Origin: Camelus ferus
Taxonomy: Eukaryota
DNA: 64,000 bases
Assembly (NCBI RefSeq): GCF_009834535.1
Contig: NC_045696.1
Coordinates: forward strand, 106,704,001 to 106,768,000
Direction of reading: 5' to 3'
Of this stretch, positions 12,680-26,049 are shown one piece after another. Below the pieces are notes generated by a model. The model did no database searches, had not been told where the DNA came from, and saw nothing but the letters and a program-made list of their open reading frames with translations. Both the position numbers and the translations under genes were made by a program. Numbering within the stretch: the first letter of the stretch is position 1; every line of letters begins with the position of its first letter.

Positions 12680-14386
12680 AACCTTTTCCCTATACTTCTT
12701 CTAAAAGTTTTAAAGTTTTGATTTTTACTCTTTAATTCACTTTGAGTTTTGTGTGTGTGGAGATAGGGTTTTGAATGTACTAAATAGTATTCCTTTCCTT
12801 ACTGATTATCATGGCCATCTTAATCATATACCAAGTTTCCGTGTATGTGTTGGTCTGTTTTTGAGCTTTCTCTTTTGTTCTACTTGCATATTTGGCTGTA
12901 TTTGCACCACTACCATAGTCATTCGACAATTCTTATTTTAGAATCTTGAAATCCGATAAAGCAAGTCATTCTACCTTGTTGTTTCTTAGAAATGTCTTGG
13001 CCATTTGTCGTGATCATTTGCTTTTCCATTAATTTTAAATGAAACTGTCAAGTTTCAGAAAGAACTCTCTTGGAATTTGGTCTGAAATTTAATTGAATCC
13101 ATAGATTAATTTTGGGAGACCTAGCATCTTTATAACATTTAATCTTCCTATCCATGAATATAGTTTTTATTATTTTATTCTCCTTTAGTGCCTTTCAATA
13201 TCATTTTACAGCTATCTATAGACAAATTTTCCACATTTTTATTGGATTTATTCCCAGCCTTACTCTCATGTCCTCTCTCATTTTCCTTTCTTATATTTTC
13301 TTTGCTTGGTTTTAATATCACATAATAATCTCTCAGAATGAAGAGGAGGTATTTCTTCTTTTTCTACTCTCTGGAAGAATTTGTATAATTGATCTGTTCC
13401 TTCAGAGGTTGGAAGGAATGAACTATAAAATCATCAGGTCTGGTATTTTATTTGTGGGAAGATTTTAAACTATTGATTTAATTTCTTTAATAGATAATTA
13501 TAAAGTCTAGTCAGGTTTTTCGGTTCTTCTGGAAACTCCTTTTAAAAGTTACGTAAATTTTAACTAAGCTTACAAATTTATTGGCATAAAGACATCAGTG
13601 TAATATATTCTCATTATTTTAAGTATCTGCTGATTCTATTGTCTCTTTTTCTTATTCCAAATATTGAATCTTTGTGCTTTCCTTCTCTTCCCCACCCCCA
13701 GATTAATCTTACCATAAAGTTGTTTTGGATTAGTATATTCAAAGGACATGTTTTTGGCTTTGTTCATCTTCTATATTTTACTTTATTTTCTATTTTATTA
13801 TTTCTGCTCTTATTTTTATTCTATCATTCCTCTTTGGATTTATCTGGATGTTCTTTTCCAAACTTCTTAAATTCTAAACTTTTAAGTGGTATGCTTATCT
13901 TTCTTCTTTTCTAATAAAAGCATTTAAGGTTACAAAATTTTCACTTAGTACTGCTTTAGCCCCATCCCATAAGTTTGATCTGCAGTTTTAACATTATTAT
14001 TCAATTATAAATGTTTTTACATTTCCATTGTGATATATATTTTTTCACCAAGAGCTATTTGTAAGAATCTTTGTATTTTTTAGGTGTGTATATATATATA
14101 TATTTATGTAAATTCTCTTATGTTATTGATTTCTAACTTAAGTGCATTGTGGCTAACAATGTGATTAAAAGATACTGATTGTTTTGAAATTTGTTAAGAC
14201 ACTTTATTGCTTAGAATATGGTCACTATGTAAATATTCCATATATTACTAAAAAGAATGGGTATTCTAATTGTTGGGTGCAGGGTTCTATATATGTCAAA
14301 TGTTAATTTTATTAATTGTATAGTTTGTATCTTTTATATATTTACAGGTGTTTTAATCTGCTTGACCTGTCTTTAATTGATAGATG
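12680..14386 (-). mobile_element. Ancient antisense L1M (ORF2 region), left part
   Basis: T-rich antisense L1 ORF2 motifs (TAGATTAATTTTGGGAG, AATCTTCCTATCCATGAA, CTGGAAGAATTTGTATAA); continues beyond the younger L1 insertion. Confidence 0.82.
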
Positions 14387-16665
14387 CCATTATAAAGTCC
14401 ATATACGATAAGCCCACAGATAACATCATACTCAATGGTGAAAAGCTGAAAGCATTTCCTCTAAGATCAGGAACAAGACAAGGATGTCCACTCTCACCAC
14501 TTTTACTCAATATAGTACTGGAAGTCCCAGACACAGCAGTCAAGTAAACAAACAAAAAAAGGAATCCAAATTGGAAAGGAAGAAGAAAAAAAGTAAAACT
14601 GTTACTGTTTTCAGGTGACATAATGCTATATGTAGAAAGTCCTAAAGACATGACCAGAAAGCACTAGAACTAATAAATGAATTCAGTAAAGTTTCAGGAT
14701 ACAAAATTAATGCACAGAAATCTGTTGCTTTTCTATACACTAACAACAAACTATGAGAAAGAGAAATTAAGAAAACAATCTTATTTATAGTTACATCAAA
14801 AAAATACCTAGGAATAAATCTGTTCAAGGAGCTAAAAGACCTGTATTCAGAAAACTATAAGACATTGCTTAAAGAAACTGAAGATGACACAAACAAATGG
14901 AAAAATATACCATGCTTATGGATTGGAAGAATAAATATTGTTAAAATGACCATATTCCCAAAGACAATCTATAGATTCAATGTAATCTCTGTCAAAATAC
15001 CAATGGCATTTTTCACAGAACTAGAACAAGTAATTCTGAAATTTGTATGGAAATACAAAAGATCCCAAAATAGCGAAAACAATCTTGAGAAAGAAGAACA
15101 AAGATGGAGGTATTCCATTTCCTGGTTCAGACTATATTACAAAGCTATAGTAATCAAAACAGTATGGTTATGTACACAAACAGATGCATAGATCAATGAA
15201 CAGAATAGAGAACTCAAAGATAAACCGATGCTTATATGGTCGATTAATCTACTACAAAGGAAGCAAAAACATACAATGGGGAAAGGAGAGACTTAATAAA
15301 TGGTGTTGGGAAAGCTGGACAGCCACATGTAAAAGAATCAAACTGGACTACTTTTTCACACCATATACAAAAATAAACTCAAAGTGTATCAAGTGTACTT
15401 AAGTGTAAAACCTGAAACCATAAAATTCTTAGAAGAAAACAAAGGCAGTATACTCTTTGACATCTTCTGTCTTAGCAGTATTTTTGGAATCTGTCTCCTC
15501 AAGCAAAATAAACAAACTGAGACTATATCAAACTAAGAAGCTTTTGCACAGCAAAAGAAACTATTAGCAAATGTAAAGGCCATCTATGAATGGGACAAGA
15601 TATTTTCAAATGATATATCTGATAAGGTTTAATATCCAAAACATACAGAGAACTCATACAACTCAAAAATTTAAAAAACAAACTGATTTTAAAAATGGGC
15701 AGAGGACCTGAATAGACATTTTTCCCACAGAAGTTACACATATGGCTAACAGACACATGAAAAGGTGATCTACATCATTAATCATCAGGAAAATGCAAAT
15801 CAAAATCACAATGAGATACCACCTCATGCCTGTCAGAATGGCTATTATCAAATGACAACAAATAACAAGTGTTCATGAGGATGTGGAGAAAGGGGAACAC
15901 TCATGCACTGTTGATGGGAATGTAAACTGGTACAGCCCCTACTGAAAACAGTGTGGAGGTTCCTCAAAAAATTAAAAACGAAACTACTAGCAATTCCATT
16001 TCTGGATGTTTTTTGAAAATAAACAAACAAACAAAAACACTAATTCTGAAAGGTATGTAACTCCTATGATTATTTCAGCATTATTTACAATAGTAAAGAT
16101 ATGGAGGCAACCTAAGTGTTCATTGATAGATGAATGGATAAAGGAGATATATATATATATATACTCACACACACATAATGGGATACTACTCATTCATAAA
16201 AAAGAATGAAATCTTACTATTTGTGACAGCATGCATAGACCTAGAGGGTATTTTGCTAAGTGAAGTAAGTCAGACAGAGAAAAACAAATACAATATGATC
16301 AATACAATATGACCTCACTTATATGTGGAATCTAAAAATCAAAACAAATGATCAAACATAGCAAAACAAAAACAGACTCACAGATACAGAGAACAAACTG
16401 GTGGTTGCTAGAGGTAGAGGGTTGGGAGGTAAATAAAATAGATGAGGGAGATTAAGAGTTACAAGTTTTCAGCTAGAAAATAAATGTCAGCAGGATGAAA
16501 TGTACAATGAAGAATATAGTCAATAACACTGTAATAACTTTGCATGGTGAAGGGTGGTAATTAGACTTATTGTGGTCATTTTTTAATGTATAGAAATATC
16601 AAATCACTATTTTGTGCATGATGAACTAACATAATGTTGTAGGTCAAATAGATTCAATTTTTAAA
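14387..16665 (+). mobile_element. 5'-truncated LINE-1 (RT domain to 3' end), inactivated, flanked by a diverged TSD
   Basis: Encodes [17 protein letters not shown] and [19 protein letters not shown] (catalytic FADD changed to FSGD). ORF 14865-15191 KWKNIPCLWIGRINIVKMTIFPKTIYRFN is L1 ORF2p. TSD AATTGATAGATG (14375-14386) / AGTTGACAGATG (16666-16677). Confidence 0.96.
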
Positions 16666-17095
16666 AGTTGACAGATGTGTAAAAAATCTACTATGATCGT
16701 GTGTTTATCAATTTCTTTTTATACTTCTATCAGTTTTTGATTTAAAGAATTTGAACATTTTTATTTTTACTCTGTGTATGTATGCTTAGAATTGTTATAT
16801 CTTGCTCCCAAATCAAACCTTTCATCATTATGTAGTGATACATGGCCCTAGTAAATTTTTTTTTGTTAACCTCTATTTCAATATTACTGTAACTAACTTG
16901 GGTTTAACTTTTGTTTTGAATTTTCTTGTAATGCCCTTTACCATCCTTTTGCTTTCAGCCTTTTAGAGCTATATAGATTGCATTTCTTCTCTTGTCAATA
17001 ATACTGGTTGTTTTTTTTCTATTTAGTGTGATAATCTCTGTATTTAACTGATGAATTTATTTATTGTGATTACTAACATATCTGGACTTATTTCT
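16666..17095 (-). mobile_element. Ancient antisense L1M, continuation
   Basis: Sequence after the TSD (AAATCTACTATGATCGTGTG...TTCATCATTATGTAGTGA) joins the antisense ORF2 EN region that ended at 14386. Confidence 0.75.
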
Positions 17096-17096
17096 C

Positions 17097-17607
17097 CTGG
17101 GAGACAATTCTACTTGAGTCTTCTGTTTCTGCCTATATTTCAAGAGAGGTACTGAGTGCCTTTCGTTTCAAACTAGCTTTTCAAGGATGTTTGTGTGGTG
17201 AACAGCTTCAGAAGAGAGAGATAGTATCTCCTTCTGGAGCAAAGGGCAATTTTACTTACAGCCTTGGAAGACAGAGATGGAACCACTCTTCAGAGCAAAG
17301 AGCAAGAATGCTTACTATTCATCATCAAAGATTCAGGTTTTTAAGCTCAAGGTTCCTCTCCTGTAACACACCCTGCTTCATGCTCAGGTGTCATCTGGCT
17401 ATCTCCTATCACGCTGTGGGAATTGTGGCTTGGAGAAGAGGCACAAAAATGCTGATACACTGGCTACTGCTCCTGCCAAGTAATAAATCGCCTCTTGTTT
17501 TTGACCCAGGAGTCCTGTGCCTTCTACTATTAGCCATGAAACTGTGGCAGGCTAACTTGTTAGCTTAGAAATAGGGTGCAATCTCGGGCTCTTTACAATC
17601 CTTGACA
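17097..17607 (+). mobile_element. ERVL-class solo LTR (LTR40-like)
   Basis: Begins TGGGAGACAATTCT, contains CTTTTCAAGGATGTTTG and an internal direct repeat of about 58 bp (ACAGC...GAGCAAAG), has AATAAA near 17482, and ends ...TTGACA. Confidence 0.75.
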
Positions 17608-17609
17608 AT

Positions 17610-18760
17610 TTATATTATTTACTTTCTTTAGTTTTTTCAATAACTCTGATCACCCAGTCCTTTCCTGATATGTATGCTATCAGTGTTCAATATTTAACTG
17701 TATTTTGTGTTTTTTTTCCTAACCTCACAAATTAAACATCATCATCATCATCATTTCAGTATTTGATTTTTCCTCTTTCCCAGTCTGTTTTTTCATTCTG
17801 GAATTCTGGTTGAACATTCTCTCTCGTGGATATAACCTCTTTCACAAGTTCTGCTTCCTTTGTTTCTCTGCACTACAATCTGGGTAATTTATATTGATCC
17901 ATCTTCCTATTCATCTTCTTTTCAGTGTCGTCTAACTGCTTCTAATTCATCTGGTGAATTTCAAAAATTGACTGTATTGAAATTTATGTTTTGATTCCTC
18001 TAGTAAATCACTTTTAATAGTTTTTAAAATTTTTTGACCATTTAAAATTTCTGTCTCCTTTTTTAAACATTTCATATAGAGATACTTCATAAGCAGTGTC
18101 CAAAATTTTAGTAACTGAGGTACTTGTGGGGAGGGATGTCTAAATTTGTGGGTTCGTTATTTTGGTTGAATCTCCCTCATGGTGGCTCATTTACTTATGT
18201 AATTTTTGCATTTTGAATTGTGAGTTCATGTTTGATCCGACTTAACCTGTGAATCCTGAGGGGTTAGAGAGTGTTTATTTTTATTTTTACTAGGCGCCAC
18301 AGGGTTTTATTAATCTTGAGCTACTTTAATTTCTAGTCTGAGTGGATTGCTGACCTATGAATATCATACATTTGAATTCTAGATCTGAGTGTGAGGCCCA
18401 GGATAGCAAAGTTTCTGGAGAGATTAGTATAATTCCTATCATTCTTGCTGCTAGTGTTCTTTTCTATGTAGAACCATCCGAGTAAACAGAATTCTTCCAG
18501 GCTCCTTTTGCTGAAAGGTGGATAATTTTACCCCTTATTTCACCCATGGTGCCCCTCTTTTAAGAGTTTGGCTTGACATGAGAAGCTCAGGCAAATTTCC
18601 GCATTTTTCTTGAGCCTAAGGTTTATTCTTCCGTTGCCCTGCACAGTAGTTAATGCTCAAGGCTTTGGTTTCTGGATTGGCATTTTCTTTTGGGGTTTCA
18701 CAAGATTTGCCCTTGGTTAGCATTTATGGTTTTGTTTGTTTTTGTTTTCATTTTTTAAAA
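17610..18760 (-). mobile_element. Very old antisense L1 ORF1/5' fragments
   Basis: TCTGGGTAATTT...GATCCATCTTCC...TCAGTGTCGTCTAACTGCT resembles antisense L1M ORF1; heavily decayed. Confidence 0.55.
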
Positions 18761-20544
18761 ATTTCACCTTGTGCTATTTTGTTTTGACTTTTGGAAGAAT
18801 TTCTCTTTATTATTATTATTTTTTTGTCAAAGTATGGTACAGTACAGAGAATTTCTCTGTATTTTTAGCTCAGTTGTATTTAAATATATGTTTGTAGTAT
18901 CATACTCAGGATCTAGTCATGTTACCATGGGAAGGCATTTTGGAATTTCTAGTCTTCCAGGCTCTCAGAAGGGAAGTCTCTAGCCTTAGACTTTTTCGTT
19001 TAATAAACCATGGTTTTTTTTTTTTTTTTTGCATTTTTTTTTAAACCATGCCTTACTTTATTAGCTTCTTTGTTGAATTTTCATGTGTGGATGAAAGGCC
19101 ATGGAGAAACCATTTCAAAGTAACTCATTTGCAGTTTCCATAATCTATCTTTTTAGTCAAAATTGAGACCATATAAATCCGTCTCTGTTTAATCTCTTGA
19201 CAGCTTTCCTGGTCTCCATGATTCTATAAAATATGATCAATTAGTAACATTTTTTGGCATTTACCTCTCTGTTTTCTTAAGCCTCTACTGTGTAATCCAT
19301 TTGGATCCGGAAGTGCTCTCAGACTACCTCCTCATCTTTCTTGGAATTCAGCTTTTCTCACCACTTGATTGAAGATTATTTCTCTTAATAGAAAAGGTAG
19401 AAGTCTTGTTAATACACAAACTGTGGAAGAGTTGGCAGGTGAAGGATTACCTCGGGTGGCTTATTTTGTCTGTAAGAGAAATCCATGGGCTATGGGTCTC
19501 ATTCTCATGTGGCTCTAAGTCCTTTAACTTGGTGTGTGTCCTTCCTAACTTGACCTTCTGCGTGCTGCTGACCTCTGGGTGGCTTTCAGGGGTATCTGAA
19601 GCTCCCTGGTCTCTCTCTCTGGGCTTTCCTTGCTACTTCTCAGTGAGTTTCTCTCAAAGGACTGGGTGCTGTATTCTCCTGATGCCCGGGCCCCACTGCC
19701 AGGCTCTCTATTTTGCAGGTGCAGTCTTGGGTGCTCTTGGATCTGAATGCTGCGAACTGGGGCTCTTGCTAAGTATCACATGATCCTGGTTTGGGGTCAC
19801 AGTTAAAGCTTTAGAAATAAACTACTTGTGTAGGTGGGCAACACTAGGTTGGCGCTGCAAAGCTGGGCAGCAGAATAAGGACAGAGAAGTTCAACCTGTG
19901 GTCCTAGATGCTGAGGTTAAGCCCCACCAGATTACAGGGAGAGCCAGCCATGGAGGTGACTGGACAGCAGAGTGACACCCTGAAGCCTGAAGCGATAACC
20001 CGACATCCAAGACAGGAGCTTCCTGGCTCCTGAGTCCTGCGGCAGCTTTTAAGCTGGTATTTTTTTTAGCTTCATGCCTCACCCATGTGCCTGTAGTTTA
20101 AAGCAGTGACTACACAGGTTTGCACGTGGTCACTCCTGGGCAGAGGCAGCCAATGTGGACTGGAGGAATGGTCAAGAGGATCTGGCCGTTCCAGGGACCC
20201 TGGCCTCCTCCTGTCATCTGGTTATTATTGCCACCTAGAATTGGGCTGGGATCCTGCTCACAGGGCCCCCGAGGGACAAAGGTAGATCACATTTAGGTAA
20301 AGGAGGGAGCGTTTGCTTGAAGTCTGTTGGGAAGTGATGACATCAGTAAGGGGAAGGAAAGAAGAGGCAGTGTTTTATCCCACTGCATTTCTTTTGCAGC
20401 TGCAGCAGTAGATGTGTGCTAGTGTCTGGGTGCAGCTCACATGCCCAGCAGTAAATGCCACAGTATCAGGTTTTCTGTGTGCTTGTCTGTTGTCCCCTAC
20501 TAGAAAAGGAGTATTTTCAGGGCAGGGACACTGTTTTCTTTGTC

Positions 20545-20690
20545 TTTAAATCCTGACTGCTCCACTTAGTGGATGTGGGGCCTTGGGCCGCTTCCTGAAT
20601 CATTCCAAGTCTTGGTTTCCTCCTCTGTAAAATGGGAATGATGAATGGTACTTACCTTATACTGTCGGTTTGAAGATCAGGGCATGCCAA
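20545..20690 (+). mobile_element. MIR SINE
   Basis: Contains the MIR core GTTTCCTCCTCTGTAAAATGGG. Confidence 0.8.
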
Positions 20691-21079
20691 ATGGATATCC
20701 AATGGATGAAGTGCCTTTTCCTTCTCTCTTTATTCCCTTTCTAGAAGTTCAAGCCAGATGGTCTTAATGTTGGCAAACAGTGTGGGACTGCATGCCATGG
20801 TCCAAGATCTCCCATCAGGAGTGGTCGGAGAGAGAAGCCAGTGACCCACCCCTCCTTGACCTCCCCCCTTTCCCCATTCCCACCTGAATGTTCATGTGTG
20901 GGGAGCTGGGTAGGGCTGGGGAACCTCATGCTGCTGAAAAACTGCCTTTAAAGTCTTTGGAACCAAAGGCAAGGAGCCAGAATCAAAGATTACCTTGTTT
21001 TTTGGAGTGTATCACTGGCTATTGTCCCCATCAAACAAAGCCCTTTCATCAGAGGTTCTTAAAACACTTTTTTTCCCCT

Positions 21080-21790
21080 CCTTTATTTTGCTTTGAAATA
21101 AGCTGGGCAACAATTAATTTCAGAGAGAGAGAGAGAAAGATAATTCAACAAGGATCCGTTACTACTCTCAGCTTCTATTGCTGTAATGAAAATCTATTTC
21201 CTTTCCCTTTTGTGTCCCATATAATTTAATGCCCATTTTATTAATGGTCTGAAATAATTACGGAACCCTTTGTGATTCTCAAGTATGTTTCATTTAATTG
21301 TGCAATAAATGCCTAATCTCTTCCTCCATCTGAAGCTATTATGGCGTTAAAATTAACAATTATGCAGCAATGCGCCGGGGTCCATAGAAATCACTCCAGA
21401 TAACTAGACATATATAAATCATTCATGAGAACAATTTCTGAAAAGAGACGGAGGGGAAAAAAATTGTGTTGAAAATGACATTGGGAAGCCAAGGGCCCAG
21501 CCTGTAAGAAGATAGTAACACCTTTAAAAAATCTTTTTTCTTTCCTTTTTTGTTATTATTATTTTATTAATTGTGTATGTGGCATAGCCCTCCCCCCCTT
21601 CTATTAGCCTGACAGATATTTTCAGAATTAATTAACTGTTAGCTCTGAGGATAAATTGTTCATTATCAATTTCCCCCCCTCTTTCTTTCTTTCCTTTTAT
21701 AGTTTTTCTTTCTCTTTCAGGCCAGCAATTACACTCCCTGCCTTTCTCCAGCAGCTCCTGTTCTGCAGAGCTATCCAAATGGGGAAAGAG
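21080..21790. promoter_or_regulatory. Candidate conserved developmental enhancer
   Basis: Repeat-free block dense in TAAT cores: TAATTA 21255-21260, CCTTTGTG (SOX/TCF-like) 21267-21274, TGACAG (MEIS) 21610-21615, TTAATTAA 21628-21635. Conservation was not tested. Confidence 0.6.
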
Positions 21791-22161
21791 CTTTTTCTTT
21801 CAGCCCTATTCACTCCTCCTCTTCTCCCTTTTGTGGGATTTAATAACCATGGCTGATAGGCTCACACTGGACAGAGAGGTTAAGTTTGTTGTCTCAGCAC
21901 TTTGCTGACAGGGGACAGCACAGGAATTCTGGAACTTCTTACCAGCCTTGTGGGGCTGCCTAGGGCCTGGCCTGACACAGGCATAGCCTGTAAACAGTGT
22001 TCAGAAACCCTGCAGCCCCAAACGTCCTGCTTACCTAAGCGCACTTCCATTGGTGCTGTGAAAGCCCGCCTCCATCTTTTAAAACATTCCTGAATCCTAA
22101 GAGATTCCCAGCAAATATCCTCCGGCCCACGCCTCCCCTGGGACAGGTATATGCATGAGTT

Positions 22162-22177
22162 CACATGCACGCATGCG

Positions 22178-22232
<55 letters not shown>
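22162..22232. repeat. (AC)26 microsatellite with a CG/TG-containing alternating purine-pyrimidine leader
   Basis: CACATGCACGCATGCGCAT followed by (AC)26 gives 71 bp of unbroken Y/R alternation. Confidence 0.97.
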
Positions 22233-22238
<6 letters not shown>

Positions 22239-22258
22239 GCTTGCTGGAGAGCAATGGG

Positions 22259-22495
22259 CAGGGTCAGAAAACCAAAGGCCCTCAGGGCCAGGTTGAAAAC
22301 AGATGAATGAAGTGGATGGATTGGGGACTGTGGCCAACTGGACATCCCATGCCCTGCCTGAAGGGGGCAGCTGTCACCCAGCTTCCAGCAATCGCTGCAT
22401 TTTGGGAACGTGTGCCTGATGTGGCCAACTCTTCTGATGCTTCAAGAGAAGCCTTAAATTTTAATACGTCAACTAATTGTTGACAGTCAATTTAG
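22259..22495 (+). mobile_element. hAT-Charlie non-autonomous element (MER102-like)
   Basis: GGGGACTGTGGCCAACTGGA...AAGGGGGCAGCTG...TCTTCTGATGCTTCAAGAGAAGCC matches my recollection of MER102. Confidence 0.7.
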
Positions 22496-22959
22496 AAAAA
22501 AAATTGGAACAGCGTAGGCTAATTGGGCAGGATGGATTCTGGCTGGGGCTGCTCTAAAGGATTGATGTTTATCTCCCAAATTTGGCACAGCAGAAGGTGC
22601 CTTGAAGGGACAGGCTGAGCACGTTGTCCCTTGGCTGTCCGTGCTTCGTAGACCCTAAGGCTTTGGTCTCTTGGGTCTGGGGAATGTCTGAGGTTGGTCT
22701 GAAGGTTGAGCTCCACAATGAAGAGGGTTTTGGTGGGGGAGACAGGTCACCTTTGATTTCCTGTCAAGTGTCACCAATTCTAAATCATTAATTTAAGCAC
22801 TGAATAATCCTCAGGGTAGTAGTTAAGAGTGACAAGTCCATCTGTGTGCATGTTCCTGGTGATTTTACAGGTAATTTGACTAAGTATTAATTGAGGGCAC
22901 ATGGGATTTAGAGTCCAAATATGCTTGTAATGATGTTGCCAGGCATGTGGGCTCTGTTG

Positions 22960-23175
22960 ATGATCGTTAACACTTTTGGAGAGCAGGAACTAAATATTAA
23001 GCCCTAATCCATGTAATTGATATTAGATGAATTCATTTCATCTTCTTCCTAACCTTATTAGGTAGATAGTATTATCATGCCCACTTCACAGGTGAAGAAA
23101 CTGAGAAGTTAAGGAACACGCACCAGACAATTTAGTGTGAAGAGCAAAGGCAAGATTCAAAGCCATGGTCATCTG
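22960..23175 (-). mobile_element. MIR SINE
   Basis: Antisense core CCCACTTCACAGGTGAAGAAACTGAG. Confidence 0.75.
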
Positions 23176-24369
23176 AGCCGAGTTTGCTTGTCACTTGGTA
23201 GAACTGAGCAAGATCATACACAGATGTAGGCCATGACTGGAGAAAATGTAGTAAGTAATAGCAGTGAAAGCACATCTATACAGATCTAAACAGTTCATAG
23301 TGTGTTTTAATGTTCATTATCTGAGAGACAAGTTTAACTACTTTGAACATCACACTGATAAACATCTCAATATCATTGTCCATCTCTCTTTATAGACTGT
23401 CAAGATTATTTTCTTAAAACTTTCATGGAGATGGAATTCTTTTATCAAAATAAATGTAAATTTATAAGGATTTTTAATATGTATAGTTGAATTGCCCTCC
23501 AGATAATTTGTGTGTACATCCCCACCAACAGGTCTGCCATCTTTTTTATTAACAGCATAGTATTCCTTAACAAGGTGGAGATATACTAATGTCAAACTTC
23601 ATGGTTTTCATTTAGCTTTTATTTTAACCTTTCTTCTAAAACTGACTCTGATTCTCCCTCCCAAGATTAAGTGGAAAAGCAAACTCGATTCATGCTGAAA
23701 CTTCCCTGTAGAATAAAACATTCACAGTGCTGGCACCTGGGAGCATAGGAGAAGTTTGACACCCAAATCCCTTACGAGTCTTTCCACCATTTCAGTATTC
23801 TTTAAGTACCTGCTTATATGAATCACAGAGTAGGAGTTAGTCCTTAGTACTTCCAGCTAGTTATTTTGCTCTAGTTTTGTCTCTTTTTATAAGTACTACC
23901 CCTGATTTACTCCTTCTACTTGAAGGAGAGCTACCCAGAAGAGCAGCCAATCTGCATCCACGTGATGTGAATGAGAAATGAACTTTTACTATACTAGGTC
24001 ACTGGATTGTTTGTTACCCAGCCTATGCTGATCAATGCAGGTTCTTTATTAAAAGTCTAATTACACAGGCAAAAAAAGAAGCACCCTGCTTGCACATTTG
24101 CATGTGTGTAGCCTAGAACCACCTGTAGTAATATTTCAATTCAGAATTTTGTGATTTTCCTGGCCAATGGGATCTAAAGTATCCTACAAACAGCACACCT
24201 CAATTTTGTCACCAAACTGCTGACTCAGATTTCTAACTCTAAGTTTGGCTTACAGAGAAGCACATTAAACGTTTAAACAGAATATCCCCTTCTAAACAAT
24301 AAATCACCTGGGACCTTCTTTCAGTTGGAGACTATCTATCTCACCCCTGAAGACCTTTAAAAAATAGGA

Positions 24370-24640
24370 TAATAATAAAAGCTGACATTTATGGAGCACT
24401 TATGATCTGTGAGGCACTGGGCTTTGCAAGCATTAATTTATTTGCTTTCACAGTAATCCTATGAGACAGGTTTTTTTCTTTTTCTTTTTCTTTTTCTTTT
24501 TCTTTTTCTTTTTCTTTTTTTTTTATCCTATTTAACAGATAAGGAACCAAAGCTTAGAGAGTTTAAGTAATTTGCCCAAGGTCACGCAGGTAGTAAATGG
24601 AAGAGCCTGTATCCTGCACAAGCCTGTCTCTTAATCACTG
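24370..24640 (-). mobile_element. MIR SINE with an internal T-rich (TnC) expansion at about 24470-24523
   Basis: ACAGATAAGGAACCAAAGCTTAGAGAGTTTAAGTAATTTGCCCAAGGTCAC is antisense MIR. Confidence 0.85.
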
Positions 24641-24959
24641 TGTTACAGCACAGTGTTTGGATTGGTGTGGAAACAGTCCCAGGGACAAAGGCTTCAGGAC
24701 TCCAGGCCACAGAGCATTCTGAAGTGAGTGCAGAGGCCCTCACCTCCGTGTAGCCCATGCATTTGGAGGAGTAGGTATGTGGTTCTGAGCCCACTGAACA
24801 GCCTGATGAAGCTCCAGTGAACAGACACAAGAGCCACAGGGCCTGCACAGCCCAATGCTGCACCAGAAGCCCTGGTGTCCGGAGGGGCTTCTCCAGGCCT
24901 GCTGTGATCTCGGGGATGGTAATAGATTCCTCTCAGAGGCAGAATTCAGGGGCAAGACG

Positions 24960-25095
24960 TTATTACCTTCCCTTGCAATTGTTTTGTTTAATTTCCATTT
25001 TAAAATTTATTTCCTGTGAGAATGAACTGACTGGAATTCATCTGCGCCGGAGAAGAAAGGTGATTTCTTATTAACTCTCCCAGGTAATGGGCGGC
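24960..25095. promoter_or_regulatory. Candidate short conserved non-coding element
   Basis: AT-rich, repeat-free island (TTATTACC, CAATTG, TTTAATTT, TTATTAAC, GGTAATGG) in GC-richer flanks. Confidence 0.35.
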
Positions 25096-26049
25096 TGCAG
25101 CTGGGGCTGTGGGAGGGCTCGAGTTACTCAGGGCTGGGGAGCTCTCGGAGAGGGTGTGAGTGGGGCCAAGCGGCCCAGGCGGGGGCAGTGTGCTGTGTGC
25201 TGTGTGCTGTGGGCCTGGGTGATGTGGCCTGCAGGGCTGCACACCAGCTGAAGTCTTATACAAAAGTCTAGACACAGCATCTCCTTGAAGTGGGAAGGGA
25301 ATCCCATCTCTTCCCCTGGCTGGAACACAGACCGTATTAAAGAAAACAAGCAAACAAAACAACCGATTTTAAGCAATTATGAAAATCCTTTTTTGGAAAC
25401 AAAGTTTATCTCCCTTCCTCTGGCTGGCAGATGTGAGGCTGGTGTCGACTGAAAGTTAAGAGTTTTAGAAAGGAGCAGAGGCGTGGGAAACGTCAGGACA
25501 TCTTGCTCATGCCTTTGCCTGAGAACATATCTGAGTAGGACCCTGGGCCATTGGACCTCTGTTCTGCAGTGGCCTTGGCACGCCTTTCCCTGATGTCCCT
25601 GTTCCTGGACAAGCTGGATGGCTCAGCCCCTGCAGATGTAAAACCTCAGAGCCTACCTTGTCAGCACTGCCTTTCAATGAGTGGCCAAGTGCTGTCCAGC
25701 CTCCCCTCCAATGTACCTGGCGTCCATTCCTTCTGCATCTAAGGCCTGTGGTTTGTTTCTAGTTTTCATCCTCTCCTTCAGGAGACCCCGTCCTGAGCCC
25801 TCTGCCTTCAGTCCATAGCCTTTGAGACTTTTTACAGGCTGGTACCAGATTCATATTTCCTTAAGTGCGGCTTTAGTGGTATTATGCTGCTTTAGTTTTC
25901 AATGGATTCCTATTGGATAAAACAAACATCTTAGCTTGGTGTCTATTTATGTTTCAGCCAAATTTCCCCATGATCTAGATTCACCTGACCCAATGCAGCC
26001 GCTTCTCTTCCCAGTATCCCTGCAAATGTCCCTGGCCCTCATCCCCCTC

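Noticed and set aside
14387..16665. Active reverse transcriptase gene
   Set aside because: 5'-truncated, broken by stops and frameshifts, and the catalytic FADD motif reads FSGD.
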